Origin: an uncultured Coriobacteriaceae bacterium
GTDB taxonomy: Bacteria; Actinomycetota; Coriobacteriia; Coriobacteriales; Eggerthellaceae
Assembly (NCBI GenBank): GCA_902764575.1
Contig: CACWWI010000003.1
Location: 1 to 50,399, forward strand
Direction of reading: 5' to 3'
Length of the DNA stretch: 50,399 nucleotides
Positions 25,045 through 33,828 of the stretch are shown here, piece by piece; the stretch's first letter is position 1; the number at the start of each line of letters is the position of its first letter. The position numbers were made by a program, and so were the translations under genes. The notes under the pieces were generated by a model. That model was not told where the DNA came from. It ran no database searches and was given only the letters and a program-made list of their open reading frames with translations.

Positions 25045-26181
25045 ATGGCCAGAGATCTGTACGAGGTCCTCGGCGTTTCGCGCGATGCAACGGACGACGA
25101 TATCAAGAAGGCGTTCCGCAAGCAGGCGCGCAAGCTGCACCCCGATGTAAACAAGTCGCCGAACGCGGAAGAGGAGTTCAAGGAGCTCAACGAGGCGTAC
25201 GACGTCCTATCCGATCCCAACAAGCGCGCCTACTACGACCGCACGGGCTCAACCCCGGGCGCCGCGGGCGGGGGAAGCCCGTACGGCGGCGGCTACGTCG
25301 ACTTCGAAGACATCTTCGGAGGCGGCTTCGGCGGCATGGGCGACATCTTCAGCTCGTTCTTCAGCGGCATGGGCGGGGGCGGAAACGTCCGCCGCGAGGG
25401 CCGCGACATGGGAGTCGGGCTGCGCCTGAAGCTCGAAGAGGTCGCGACCGGCGCCAAGAAGGAGATCGTCTACGACCGCCTGTCGCCGTGCCAGGACTGC
25501 AACGGCACCGGCTTGGGCGAGGGCGGCAAGGAAGTGTCGTGCCCCGAGTGCAACGGCTCAGGGCGCGTGTACACCGTACAGCGCACGTTCCTCGGCGACA
25601 TGCGCACCACGTCGTCGTGCACGCGCTGCGGGGGCACGGGCCGCACGATCGACAATCCCTGCCCGGAATGCGAGGGCCAGGGCCGCGTCCCCGACCGTCA
25701 GCGCGTCACAGTCGAGGTTCCTGCGGGCATCCGCGATTCGCAGCAGCTGCGCATCACCGGGTTCGGCGAGGCGGGCTTGCGCGGCGCCACCCCGGGCAAC
25801 CTCATCGTCACATGCCGCGTTCAACCCCACGAGTTCTTCGAGCGCGAGGGAGACAGCCTGCACGCCCGTGCGAACGTGTCGATGGTCCAGGCGGCGCTCG
25901 GCGCCGAAATCGAGATCGACGGCATCCTGCCCGATGAGAAGGTGAACGTCCGCATTCCCGAGGGCTGCCAGAACGACCAGGTGATCCGCGTCAGGGGCAA
26001 GGGCATGCCGAAGTTCCGCAGCGACCTTCGCGGCGACATGTTCGTCCACGTGGGCGTGTCCATCCCCAAGAAGCTCAACAAGACGCAGCGCGAGCTTCTT
26101 GAGAAGCTCGCCAAGGAGCTCGGCGAGGACTACGCCAACCCGCGCTCGCCGCTCGAGAAGCTGCGCGACGCCTTCATCTAG
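25045..26181 (+). CDS. dnaJ: Molecular chaperone DnaJ
   Basis: The J-domain has HPD (KLHPDVN). A G/F-rich linker and four CxxCxGxG zinc-finger repeats follow. Confidence 0.95.
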   Translation: MARDLYEVLGVSRDATDDDIKKAFRKQARKLHPDVNKSPNAEEEFKELNEAYDVLSDPNKRAYYDRTGSTPGAAGGGSPYGGGYVDFEDIFGGGFGGMGDIFSSFFSGMGGGGNVRREGRDMGVGLRLKLEEVATGAKKEIVYDRLSPCQDCNGTGLGEGGKEVSCPECNGSGRVYTVQRTFLGDMRTTSSCTRCGGTGRTIDNPCPECEGQGRVPDRQRVTVEVPAGIRDSQQLRITGFGEAGLRGATPGNLIVTCRVQPHEFFEREGDSLHARANVSMVQAALGAEIEIDGILPDEKVNVRIPEGCQNDQVIRVRGKGMPKFRSDLRGDMFVHVGVSIPKKLNKTQRELLEKLAKELGEDYANPRSPLEKLRDAFI

Positions 26182-26184
26182 GGC

Positions 26185-27396
26185 ATGCTGCGCGAACACC
26201 AAACGTTCCACATCGTAAACCTCGGCTGCAAGGTCAACCGCGTCGAGTCGGATTCCATGGGTGCGGCGCTGCTCGCGAACGGCTTGGAAGCAGTCGACGA
26301 GGATGCGGCCGACCTCGTGATCGTGAACACCTGCACCGTCACCGGCGAGGCCGAGAAGAAGACGCGCAAGGCCGTGCGCCACGCTCTTGCCGCGAATCCC
26401 AAGGCCGACGTCGTCGTGACCGGTTGCGCCGCGGCGATAACCCCGGAATTCTTCGAAGGGCTCGATTCCCGGGTAGTCGTGATGGGCAAGCGCGAGCTCG
26501 AGCAGCAGCTCGAGTGCGGCGGCGTGCAGGGTCGCCTGCGCGTGGGCGCAGGGTTCCGCACGCGCGTGGGCGTGAAGGTTCAGGACGGATGCGACCATGC
26601 CTGCACGTACTGCATCGTGCACGTGGCGCGCGGACCCGCATGGAGCCGCAGTGCGAACGATGTCGTGGCCGAATCGCGCCGCTATTTCGAATCGGGCGTC
26701 AAGGAGCTCGTGCTCACGGGCATCGACATCGGGGCGTACCGGGATGGCGCCGTCGCGCTGCCCGAGCTCGCCAACATGCTCGTCGAGCAGGCGCAGCTAG
26801 TATGCCCTCAGGACGAGCGCCCCGCGCGCATCCGCATATCGAGCATCGAGCCCATGAACGTGACGGAAGGGCTCGTGGACGCGCTCGCACGCCACGACGG
26901 GCTCGTATGCAGGCACCTTCACTTGCCGCTGCAATCGGGAAGTGCCAAGGTCCTGCACGAGATGGACAGGCCCTACACCCCCGAGGAGTTTTCGCGCATC
27001 GTGGACGACCTGCGCCGCAACGTACCGCAGATCGCGCTGTCGACCGACGTCATCGTCGGATTCCCCGGCGAGACAGAAGAGGATTTCAAGGCCACGTGCG
27101 ACCTCGTGCGCGAGGTGGGCTTCATGCGTCTGCACGTGTTCCCTTACTCGAGGAGGGCCGGAACGCCCGCAGCGGAGCGCGCCGACCAGGTGAGCCCCGA
27201 GGTCAAGCGCGACCGGGCAGCTCGCTTGCGGGCCATCGGGAAGGAGCTGGCGGCCGCCGACCTCGAAAGCCGTGCCGGCACGACCGAGTTCGCGCTCGTG
27301 GAAGACGCGACGTGCCTCACCGAGAGCTACCACGAGCTCCCCGCGCCCAAGGGCGCCGAGACGGGCTCGCTTGTCCCCCTCGTCATACGGCGCTAG
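26185..27396 (+). CDS. mtaB: Radical SAM methylthiotransferase, MtaB-like (tRNA ms2t6A)
   Basis: N-terminal UPF0004 domain NLGCKVN...NTCTVT; radical SAM motif CDHACTYC; location after dnaJ as in Firmicutes. Confidence 0.8.
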   Translation: MLREHQTFHIVNLGCKVNRVESDSMGAALLANGLEAVDEDAADLVIVNTCTVTGEAEKKTRKAVRHALAANPKADVVVTGCAAAITPEFFEGLDSRVVVMGKRELEQQLECGGVQGRLRVGAGFRTRVGVKVQDGCDHACTYCIVHVARGPAWSRSANDVVAESRRYFESGVKELVLTGIDIGAYRDGAVALPELANMLVEQAQLVCPQDERPARIRISSIEPMNVTEGLVDALARHDGLVCRHLHLPLQSGSAKVLHEMDRPYTPEEFSRIVDDLRRNVPQIALSTDVIVGFPGETEEDFKATCDLVREVGFMRLHVFPYSRRAGTPAAERADQVSPEVKRDRAARLRAIGKELAAADLESRAGTTEFALVEDATCLTESYHELPAPKGAETGSLVPLVIRR

Positions 27397-27489
27397 CAAG
27401 CTGGGTGGACGCACAGGTTCGATAACCTAGCCAAATACTGGGAAAACTAGCCGCGCGCGTGCTACAATCTCCGTCAAGAAACCGAGGGG

Positions 27490-28443
27490 ATGGGGGAGTG
27501 CCCTATGCGCAAGTGCGACCTTCACGACATCATCGACGAGATCAAGAAGACCTACGATTCGAGCGACGAGATCTTCTTCACCGACCAGGACCGCAGGATG
27601 CCTAGCCGAAACGACGTGATCGGCATCCTCAAGGACATGAGAAACATCATGTTCCCGGGGTACTTCACCGACGGAGCGCAGACCACGGCGGACGCGAGCT
27701 ACTTCATCGGCAACACCGTGCTGCGCGTGGAGGAGAACCTCATCCGCCAAGTGCGGCTCGCGCTGTATTTCCGCGAAGGAAGCGAGAAGACCTTCGAGGA
27801 AATCGACACGAGGGCCAAAGAGGTAGCATCGGCCATGCTCTGCCAGCTTCCGAGCATCCAGCGCATGCTCTACAAGGACATCCAAGCTGCGTTCGACGGC
27901 GATCCCGCAGCGCAGTCCAAGGAAGAGATCATCTATTCGTATCCGGGCTTCTTTGCGATCTGGGTATACCGCATCGCCCACGAGCTCTATTGCATGGACG
28001 TGCCGCTCATCCCGCGAATCATGACCGAGTACGCGCACAGCAGGACGGGCGTCGACATCAACGCGGGTGCTAAGATCGGTGAGTACTTCTTCATCGATCA
28101 CGCCACGGGCGTCGTCATCGGGGAGACAACCGTCATCGGCAACCACGTGAAGATCTACCAGGGCGTCACCCTGGGCGCGCTCTCGACGCGCGGCGGCCAG
28201 CGCCTCGCGGGCGTGAGAAGGCATCCGACGATTGAGGACAACGTCACCATCTATGCGAACGCCTGCGTCCTGGGCGGCGACACCGTGGTGGGCGAGGGCT
28301 CGGTTATCGCCGGCAGCGCCTTTGTAACGGCATCGATCCCGGCAGGCAGCCGCGTGTCGCTCAAGAACCTAGACGTCGACGTCCGAAGCGCCCGTCCATC
28401 CCGCAAGCCCCCCTGCCTAGACATCATCGAGGGAATCGAATAA
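27490..28443 (+). CDS. cysE: Serine O-acetyltransferase (long N-terminal type)
   Basis: Left-handed beta-helix hexapeptide repeats: GVDINAGAKIGEYFFIDHATGVVIGETTVIGNHVKIYQGVTLG...IEDNVTIYANACVLGG. The start may be ATG 27505. Confidence 0.8.
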   Translation: MGECPMRKCDLHDIIDEIKKTYDSSDEIFFTDQDRRMPSRNDVIGILKDMRNIMFPGYFTDGAQTTADASYFIGNTVLRVEENLIRQVRLALYFREGSEKTFEEIDTRAKEVASAMLCQLPSIQRMLYKDIQAAFDGDPAAQSKEEIIYSYPGFFAIWVYRIAHELYCMDVPLIPRIMTEYAHSRTGVDINAGAKIGEYFFIDHATGVVIGETTVIGNHVKIYQGVTLGALSTRGGQRLAGVRRHPTIEDNVTIYANACVLGGDTVVGEGSVIAGSAFVTASIPAGSRVSLKNLDVDVRSARPSRKPPCLDIIEGIE

Positions 28444-28513
28444 GCGCAGAGCGCGTTAGAAGTTTCCTTTTTCATCTAACGAGACGTCTGAGCGCATTTG
28501 GAAAACGGTCGCC

Positions 28514-28561
28514 GCGCTCGGGATGCTCGCCCGCGCGCGCCAGGGCGAGCATCCCGAGCGC
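28514..28561. terminator. 19-bp perfect inverted repeat between convergent cysE and queD
   Basis: gcgctcgggatgctcgccc-N10-gggcgagcatcccgagcgc. Confidence 0.6.
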
Positions 28562-28575
28562 CCCCATTGGACTCT

Positions 28576-28995
28576 TTACTTCCTATAGAATGCGCGGTTG
28601 TTCGGCGTCTCGTCGACTTCCACTTGCGCCACGGGGAAGCCGTCTGCCTCGAGGCGGTCGAAGAAGTAGCGTGCGAGGTTCTCGGCTGTAGTGCGGAAGG
28701 GCAGGATGGTAAGCGTGAAGCCCTCGCCTTCGAGTGCTTCGATCGTCGCGGGCTTAAGCGAGCCCTCCTCGACGAGGAACGTGTGGTCGAGTTCTTCGGC
28801 GAGAGCGCGAACCGCCTTCTTGAACACGCCGAAATCGAGCACCATGTCGCGCATCGTTCCCTCGGTTTGCAGCTCTTCCTGCTCGAGGGTCACCTCGACG
28901 CGCCAGCGGTGGCCGTGCAGGTTCTCGCATTTGCCGTAGTAGTCGGTGAGGAAGTGCGAGGAATCGAACGCGGCTTCGGTATTGAGTCCGTACAT
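28576..28995 (-). CDS. queD: 6-carboxy-5,6,7,8-tetrahydropterin synthase
   Basis: FDSSHFLTDYYGKCENLHGHRWRVEV is the QueD/PTPS family signature. Confidence 0.9.
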   Translation of the reverse strand: MYGLNTEAAFDSSHFLTDYYGKCENLHGHRWRVEVTLEQEELQTEGTMRDMVLDFGVFKKAVRALAEELDHTFLVEEGSLKPATIEALEGEGFTLTILPFRTTAENLARYFFDRLEADGFPVAQVEVDETPNNRAFYRK

Positions 28996-29060
28996 AGAGC
29001 CTCCTGCCCAATTGGATTTCTGCTATTGTAAATGATGCGTCGCATCGAGGAAGGAATCGT

Positions 29061-29660
29061 ATGAACATCGTTTGCTTGGATATGGAAGGCGTGCTCGTCC
29101 CCGAGATATGGATAGCCTTCTCCGAAGCCAGCGGCATACCGGAGCTTTCGCGCACCACGCGCGACGAGCCCGACTACGACAAGCTCATGAGGTACCGCCT
29201 CGACATCTTGCGCGAGCATGGGCTCGGGCTCGACAAGATCCAGGAGGTCATCTCCACCATCGACCCGCTGCCGGGAGCGCGCGCGTTCCTGGACGCGCTG
29301 CGCGAGAAGACGCAGGTCGTCATCCTCTCCGACACGTTCGAGCAGTTCGCGCAGCCCCTCATGGCCAAGCTCAACTGGCCGAGCCTTTTCTGCAACACGC
29401 TCGAAGTGGAGTCCGACGGCATGATCGGCGGCTACCGCATGCGCTGCGAGAAGTCCAAGCTCACCACCGTGCGCGCGCTGCAATCGTGCGGGTTCGAAAC
29501 CATAGCGGCGGGCGACAGCTTCAACGACCTCGCGATGATCCGCGCATCGAAGGCCGGGTTCCTGTTCCGCAGTACGCAGGGAATCATCGAGGACAATCCC
29601 GACTTGCAGGCGTTCGAGGAATTCGACGACCTGCTCAACGCGATCCTCGCGGCGCTCTAG
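29061..29660 (+). CDS. thrH: HAD-family phosphoserine phosphatase / homoserine phosphotransferase (ThrH-like)
   Basis: MNIVCLDMEGVLVPEIWIAFSE..., ...AAGDSFNDLAM; about 200 aa, as in ThrH. Confidence 0.7.
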   Translation: MNIVCLDMEGVLVPEIWIAFSEASGIPELSRTTRDEPDYDKLMRYRLDILREHGLGLDKIQEVISTIDPLPGARAFLDALREKTQVVILSDTFEQFAQPLMAKLNWPSLFCNTLEVESDGMIGGYRMRCEKSKLTTVRALQSCGFETIAAGDSFNDLAMIRASKAGFLFRSTQGIIEDNPDLQAFEEFDDLLNAILAAL

Positions 29661-29739
29661 AAGTCGGGTGCGCACGCGTTATAACCGAGCTGAATACTTT
29701 CACTTTTCTGTATTAATAATCGTCAATGTGCTATTATGC

Positions 29740-30079
29740 TTTGATGTAGGTTTAGTGAATTAAACCTGCACTGCTGAAGGAGAGCCTGGTGAACAACGTG
29801 TTATCGGGCCGTTTCGGCAGGGGTAAACAGAGAAGAGCGAAAGGAGGAGTTCCTGCAGTCGTTTCTTCCGGCATGAGCCGAACAGGACGCGGGTAAGCCT
29901 TTTAGGGGATGGCGTAAATACGGAGGCGTCCGTAAGTCATGAATGCGAATGCGTCCGTGATTTCCCGCATGTTTGAGCCGGCTGGTATTGCCACTGCAGA
30001 GTGAGCGTGGGCTCACAGTTGGGCGATAGGGGAAATACCGCCCGATTGTCTTTAAGGAAATCCTTTAAAGGAGGGATTG
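29740..30079 (+). promoter_or_regulatory. Long (~330 nt) structured 5' leader upstream of the MFS transporter, class unknown
   Basis: No credible ORF is present. Hairpins: aggttta-N6-taaacct (29749-29768), gggcg-N13-cgccc (30021-30043), and tttaagga-aat-tcctttaaa overlapping the SD aaaggaggg. A long-range pairing ctgcactg / cactgcag is possible. Confidence 0.3.
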
Positions 30080-31807
30080 ATGGACGGCAAAGAATTTACC
30101 GTTTCCGAAGTTATCGACTCGTTCGGTATTAACGGTCATACCTGGCTGATGTTCATCCTGCTGGGTCTGGCAAACATCTTCGACGGTTATGACTTCATGG
30201 TCATTAACGTCACCAACTCTTACGTTGCAGCTACCTTCTGGCCCGACGCCTTCGTTCTCAACGAGGCCACCGGCAAGATGGCTCTGCAGCCGCAGTATTC
30301 CGCTTTGATGGGCTCCCTCACCACGTGGGGCCTGCTGGGCATGGTGCTCGGCGGCGCAACTGGCGGCATCCTCTCCGACCGCATCGGTCGTAAGAAGATG
30401 CTGACGATCGCCGTTCTGTTCTACGGCGTGTTCACGCTGCCGCAGGCGTTCGCGAATGACGTTTACTTCTTCGCGGCGTTCCGTCTGATCGCCGGCTTCG
30501 GCGTCGGCTCCTGCATCCCGGTTGTTACGACCTGCTTCTCTGAGACCATTCCGTCTCAGCACCGTGGCGTGTTCGTAACCTTCGGCATGGCCTTCATGGT
30601 CGCCGGCTGGGTGCTCGCTGGTCTGATCGGCAACCCGATCGCCTCGAACCCGCAGTCGATCCTGGGCGACCTCACCGCTGGTGAAGTCGTCACCGCCGCC
30701 AGCCTCCGTCCGGACGGCTCCATGGTCATCTTCTGCCAGAACTGGCGTCTGTGCTACCTGATCGGCGCTCTGCCCATCATCTACGGCATCCTGCTGTTCT
30801 TCCTGATGCATGAGACTCCGCACTGGTTCGCCAACAGCGGCCAGAAGGAGAAGGCATGCAAGGCTCTGGAGGACATCGCTCACAAGCATCATGATGACAG
30901 CGCTCATTATGATCCCAACCTGCTGGTCGTCCCGCCGAAACCGGCGAACATTGGCCCGCAAGTTCTGTTCTCCAAGAAGTACATCGTGGCAACCGCCGCT
31001 ATTTGGACCACGTACTTCGTTGGTCAGTTCTGCGTGTACGGCATGAACGCCTGGATTCCGACCTGGTTCCAGGGCGTCGGCTACTCCGCCGCTGACTCCA
31101 CGAACCTCCAGACGTGGAACAACTTCGCAGCTATCCTGTCGAACATCTCCGTAGGCTTCGTCTCCGACCGTATCGGCCGTAAGAAGAACCTCGCCGGTTC
31201 CTGGATTGCCTGCATCATCGCCATCATCCTTTGCTCGGTGTTGGTGCAGCCGAACAACATGATGCTGTGCGTCGTTCTGATGCTCCTCTTCGGCTTCTGC
31301 CTGAACTACGCCATCACGGCCGTTCAGCCGCTGATGCCCGAGAGCTATCCGACCGCTCTGCGCAACACCGGTGTTGCTTGGTGCCAGGCGTTCGCTCGCT
31401 TCGGTGGTTCTGGTTCCTCGATCGTTCTCGGCGCTATTGCGGCGAATGCGATCTTCAAGACCGCGGAAGGTGCCACCAACTGGTCGATGGTCGTGCTCGT
31501 TCTCATCGTTCCGTTCCTGCTCGGCTTCATCTGCACGCTTATGTTCGTGCGTGAGACCGGTGGTAAGACGATGGACCAGCTCGCTGCGGAATCCACAACC
31601 GAGGACAAGTCCGACACCGGCAACGCTCTGTTCGGTATCATGATGGTCGTGGCGGCAATCCTTGCAGTTCTCTGCATCGTTTGCCCGCTCGTTGTCCAGG
31701 GTTGGTCTCAGAGCTCGATGGCTCTGCCGCTCATGACGATCGGCATGCTGCTCCCGTTCATCTTCTTCTTCATCTTCGCGACTCCGCAGATCAAGAACAG
31801 CCGTTAA
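30080..31807 (+). CDS. MFS transporter (aromatic acid/H+ symporter-like, extended C-terminus)
   Basis: Polytopic. MFS motifs GILSDRIGRKKML and GFVSDRIGRKKNL. SD aaaggaggg lies 4-5 nt upstream of ATG 30080. Confidence 0.85.
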   Translation: MDGKEFTVSEVIDSFGINGHTWLMFILLGLANIFDGYDFMVINVTNSYVAATFWPDAFVLNEATGKMALQPQYSALMGSLTTWGLLGMVLGGATGGILSDRIGRKKMLTIAVLFYGVFTLPQAFANDVYFFAAFRLIAGFGVGSCIPVVTTCFSETIPSQHRGVFVTFGMAFMVAGWVLAGLIGNPIASNPQSILGDLTAGEVVTAASLRPDGSMVIFCQNWRLCYLIGALPIIYGILLFFLMHETPHWFANSGQKEKACKALEDIAHKHHDDSAHYDPNLLVVPPKPANIGPQVLFSKKYIVATAAIWTTYFVGQFCVYGMNAWIPTWFQGVGYSAADSTNLQTWNNFAAILSNISVGFVSDRIGRKKNLAGSWIACIIAIILCSVLVQPNNMMLCVVLMLLFGFCLNYAITAVQPLMPESYPTALRNTGVAWCQAFARFGGSGSSIVLGAIAANAIFKTAEGATNWSMVVLVLIVPFLLGFICTLMFVRETGGKTMDQLAAESTTEDKSDTGNALFGIMMVVAAILAVLCIVCPLVVQGWSQSSMALPLMTIGMLLPFIFFFIFATPQIKNSR

Positions 31808-31851
31808 CGGGTGATATGCATCGAAAGCGAATCCTTTGGAATCGCTTGAGG

Positions 31852-31882
31852 AGGAACCCCCGCATCGCGGGGGTTCCTTTTT
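31852..31882 (+). terminator. Rho-independent terminator of the MFS gene
   Basis: aggaacccccgc-atc-gcgggggttcct followed by TTTTT. Confidence 0.85.
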
Positions 31883-31976
31883 GCCTGCGTACGGTTTCAG
31901 GTGAACGAATGGGCGGATACTTGCTATACTGATGCTTCGCGTTCAGGACCCAACCATACGAAGAGGGTTGATTACT

Positions 31977-32324
31977 ATGGCAGCTAAGCTTTCGAAGAAG
32001 CAGCGCGTGGCGCTCAAGCAGATAGACGAGCTTTCAAGCAAGCGCAAGCAGCAGCTCATCTTGGGCTTCGCGTCCATCGGCGTTATGGTGCTCGTCATCG
32101 TGGGGTACAACACCCTCACGTATCAAATGGGAGTCATCGACGAGGGCAACACCATCATCCGTGCTGCAATTTACATGACCGCCATGGTGATTGCGGGCTT
32201 CTGCGGCATCATGCTGATGCGCGCCTCGCGAAACAAGACCAAGATAGATGCCATGCGCCAATCGGTCGGCATCTCGCGCGAGACGCTCGATGCCTGGAAC
32301 CGGGGCGAGTACGAGAACCAGTAG
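31977..32324 (+). CDS. Small two-TM membrane protein, unknown function
   Basis: MAAKLSKKQRVALKQIDEL... has two hydrophobic helices (LILGFASIGVMVLVIVGY, AAIYMTAMVIAGFCGIMLM). It is followed by a terminator. Confidence 0.55.
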   Translation: MAAKLSKKQRVALKQIDELSSKRKQQLILGFASIGVMVLVIVGYNTLTYQMGVIDEGNTIIRAAIYMTAMVIAGFCGIMLMRASRNKTKIDAMRQSVGISRETLDAWNRGEYENQ

Positions 32325-32337
32325 CTTCGCACACGAA

Positions 32338-32369
32338 AACGGCCGCTCATCGTTGAGCGGCCGTTCCTT
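32338..32369. terminator. Bidirectional hairpin between convergent genes
   Basis: aacggccgctca-tcgt-tgagcggccgtt forms a 12-bp stem. Confidence 0.75.
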
Positions 32370-32410
32370 ATTACGGTAGCGAGCCGGTTCTATGGGATGC
32401 TAACCGTCGC

Positions 32411-33049
32411 CTATTTCTGTTGGGCGGCTTCGAGCTCGGCTTCCTTCATCGCCAGGATCTCTTCGTACGGGATGCCCTTGTTCGTGGTGATGCGCTCTTT
32501 CCACTTGGCCCAGCCCTTCTTCTCGATGGGCTCGCCCATGCTCTTGCCCTTCCAGCTCTCCTTGATGGCCATGGCGATGACGCAGCAGGCGGCGATGCGC
32601 AGTTTCGAGATGTCCTTCACCTTTATCTCGTAGCACTTGCCCTTGTCGCGGAACTTCACGCGGCTGATGCGCACGTCGAGCTTGCCCGTGCCCTCGTTGC
32701 GGAAGTCGAGAGGCGGTTCCTGCAAGGTTCCCAGGATGTCCCAGAGCATGCCCTTGAAGAAGTAGTGCTCGAAGATCGTGTAGGTATGCAGCTCGTACTC
32801 GTAGCGCTCTACGCCGACGAAGTACACCAAGGTGTTCGGGTCGAAGCGGATGCGCGCCATCTGTCCGCCGAGCCGGTTGTAGATCTCGACGCGGTCGTTC
32901 TCCTTGGTCCAAGCCGATTTGACGGTGATGAATTCGTCGCCATCGGCATACCAGAGCGCGAAGTCCTCGCGCTTGTCGATGGCGTCCACCTGCATGTACA
33001 CGCGGTTGTTCTTCAAAAGGGTCCTCCTCGTTGTTTTGAGCGCATCCAA
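32411..33049 (-). CDS. Hypothetical protein, possibly a tubby-C/YxjI-like beta-barrel
   Basis: The ORF has coding-like composition and alternating beta-strand pattern (VEIYNRLGGQMARIRFDP...YEYELHTYTIFE...). The family assignment is tentative. The start may be internal (32995). Confidence 0.5.
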   Translation of the reverse strand: MDALKTTRRTLLKNNRVYMQVDAIDKREDFALWYADGDEFITVKSAWTKENDRVEIYNRLGGQMARIRFDPNTLVYFVGVERYEYELHTYTIFEHYFFKGMLWDILGTLQEPPLDFRNEGTGKLDVRISRVKFRDKGKCYEIKVKDISKLRIAACCVIAMAIKESWKGKSMGEPIEKKGWAKWKERITTNKGIPYEEILAMKEAELEAAQQK

Positions 33050-33064
33050 TTATACAGAAGATGC

Positions 33065-33802
33065 TCAGCGAAGGAGCGGGCGCAAAACGGCATAGGAGTT
33101 CATGATCCCCGAGCGCCCGTCGGCCTTGAAGCGCGCCAAGGTCTCGAAGGGGGCGGGAAGCGCGTCAAGCAGCGCGTCTACTTCGTCGTCTGAGAAGCTG
33201 TGGCAGTACCGGTATGCGTCGCATGACCCGTTCCATCCCAAAAGGTAGTCACCGTCGTCGAGGGCTATGCCGGTTTCCTCCAGGCCCCTGAGCGTGGTCT
33301 CCATAGCCTTTCGACGCATGTTTTCGTCGCATGCAAACTGCCAGAACGATACGGCGATCGTGCCGTTGGGGGCGCATGACTCTGCTAGAAACCTCAGGGT
33401 ACGGGACCTGAGCTCGACGTCGGGCACGTGGTGCATGAACCCGAAGCACGCAATGAGGTCGTGTTCCTGCGGGATACCCGACGGGAGCGATACGCGTTCG
33501 CCCAGCAAGTCGACGGGGCAGAAGCGGTCCTGCAGATCATCGGGAACGAGGTCGTCGCACGAGTCGAGCCCGAAATAGGCCACGCCCTCCCCGTACGCCT
33601 CGTCGAGGAACCGCTTGAACCTCATGTTGCCGCACGCGACGTCGAGGACCGATTCCGGGCGATGGGGGAGCAGCTCCGCCACCTTGCGCCATCCATCCCA
33701 GGCGTGCTGGCGCGACGCCGAGAACGATGCGGCGTTCGCGCGGTAGAAACCGTTGTTTAGCTCGACGAGCCTTTGTATCGTGAGGGCGTCCATAGCGGCC
33801 AT
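33065..33802 (-). CDS. Class I SAM-dependent methyltransferase, Trm9/ALKBH8-MT-like
   Basis: FYRANAASFSASRQHAWDGW, VLDVACGN, CFGFMHHV, VSFWQF, DYLLGW and RYCHSFSDDEV are collinear with yeast Trm9 blocks YNEIAPHFSQTRYKPW, DVGCGN, VVHHW, IYCWALEQ, DVFVPW and RYYHLYREGEL. ATG 33802 is chosen. Confidence 0.7.
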   Translation of the reverse strand: MAAMDALTIQRLVELNNGFYRANAASFSASRQHAWDGWRKVAELLPHRPESVLDVACGNMRFKRFLDEAYGEGVAYFGLDSCDDLVPDDLQDRFCPVDLLGERVSLPSGIPQEHDLIACFGFMHHVPDVELRSRTLRFLAESCAPNGTIAVSFWQFACDENMRRKAMETTLRGLEETGIALDDGDYLLGWNGSCDAYRYCHSFSDDEVDALLDALPAPFETLARFKADGRSGIMNSYAVLRPLLR

Positions 33803-33814
33803 TGTAAAACAAGG

Positions 33815-33828
33815 TACAATCACGGTCA
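33815..33828 (+). promoter_or_regulatory. Candidate -10 (TACAAT) placed 7 nt before the Elp3 ATG, suggesting a leaderless mRNA
   Basis: TACAAT lies at 33815-33820 and the ATG at 33828. There is no SD between them. Only 25 bp separate the divergent start codons. Confidence 0.4.

Noticed and set aside
29768-30045. Cobalamin riboswitch, suggested by GCCACTG (29989-29995) and a GGTGAA block
   Set aside because: The conserved blocks are in the wrong order (CACTGC precedes GGTGAA). There is no convincing GGGAA...GGTG.AA.CC...CCCGCCACTG core, and the B12-box (AGYCMGGAGACCKGCC) matches poorly. An MFS aromatic-acid-type transporter is also not a typical B12-regulated gene. The region is kept only as an unclassified leader.
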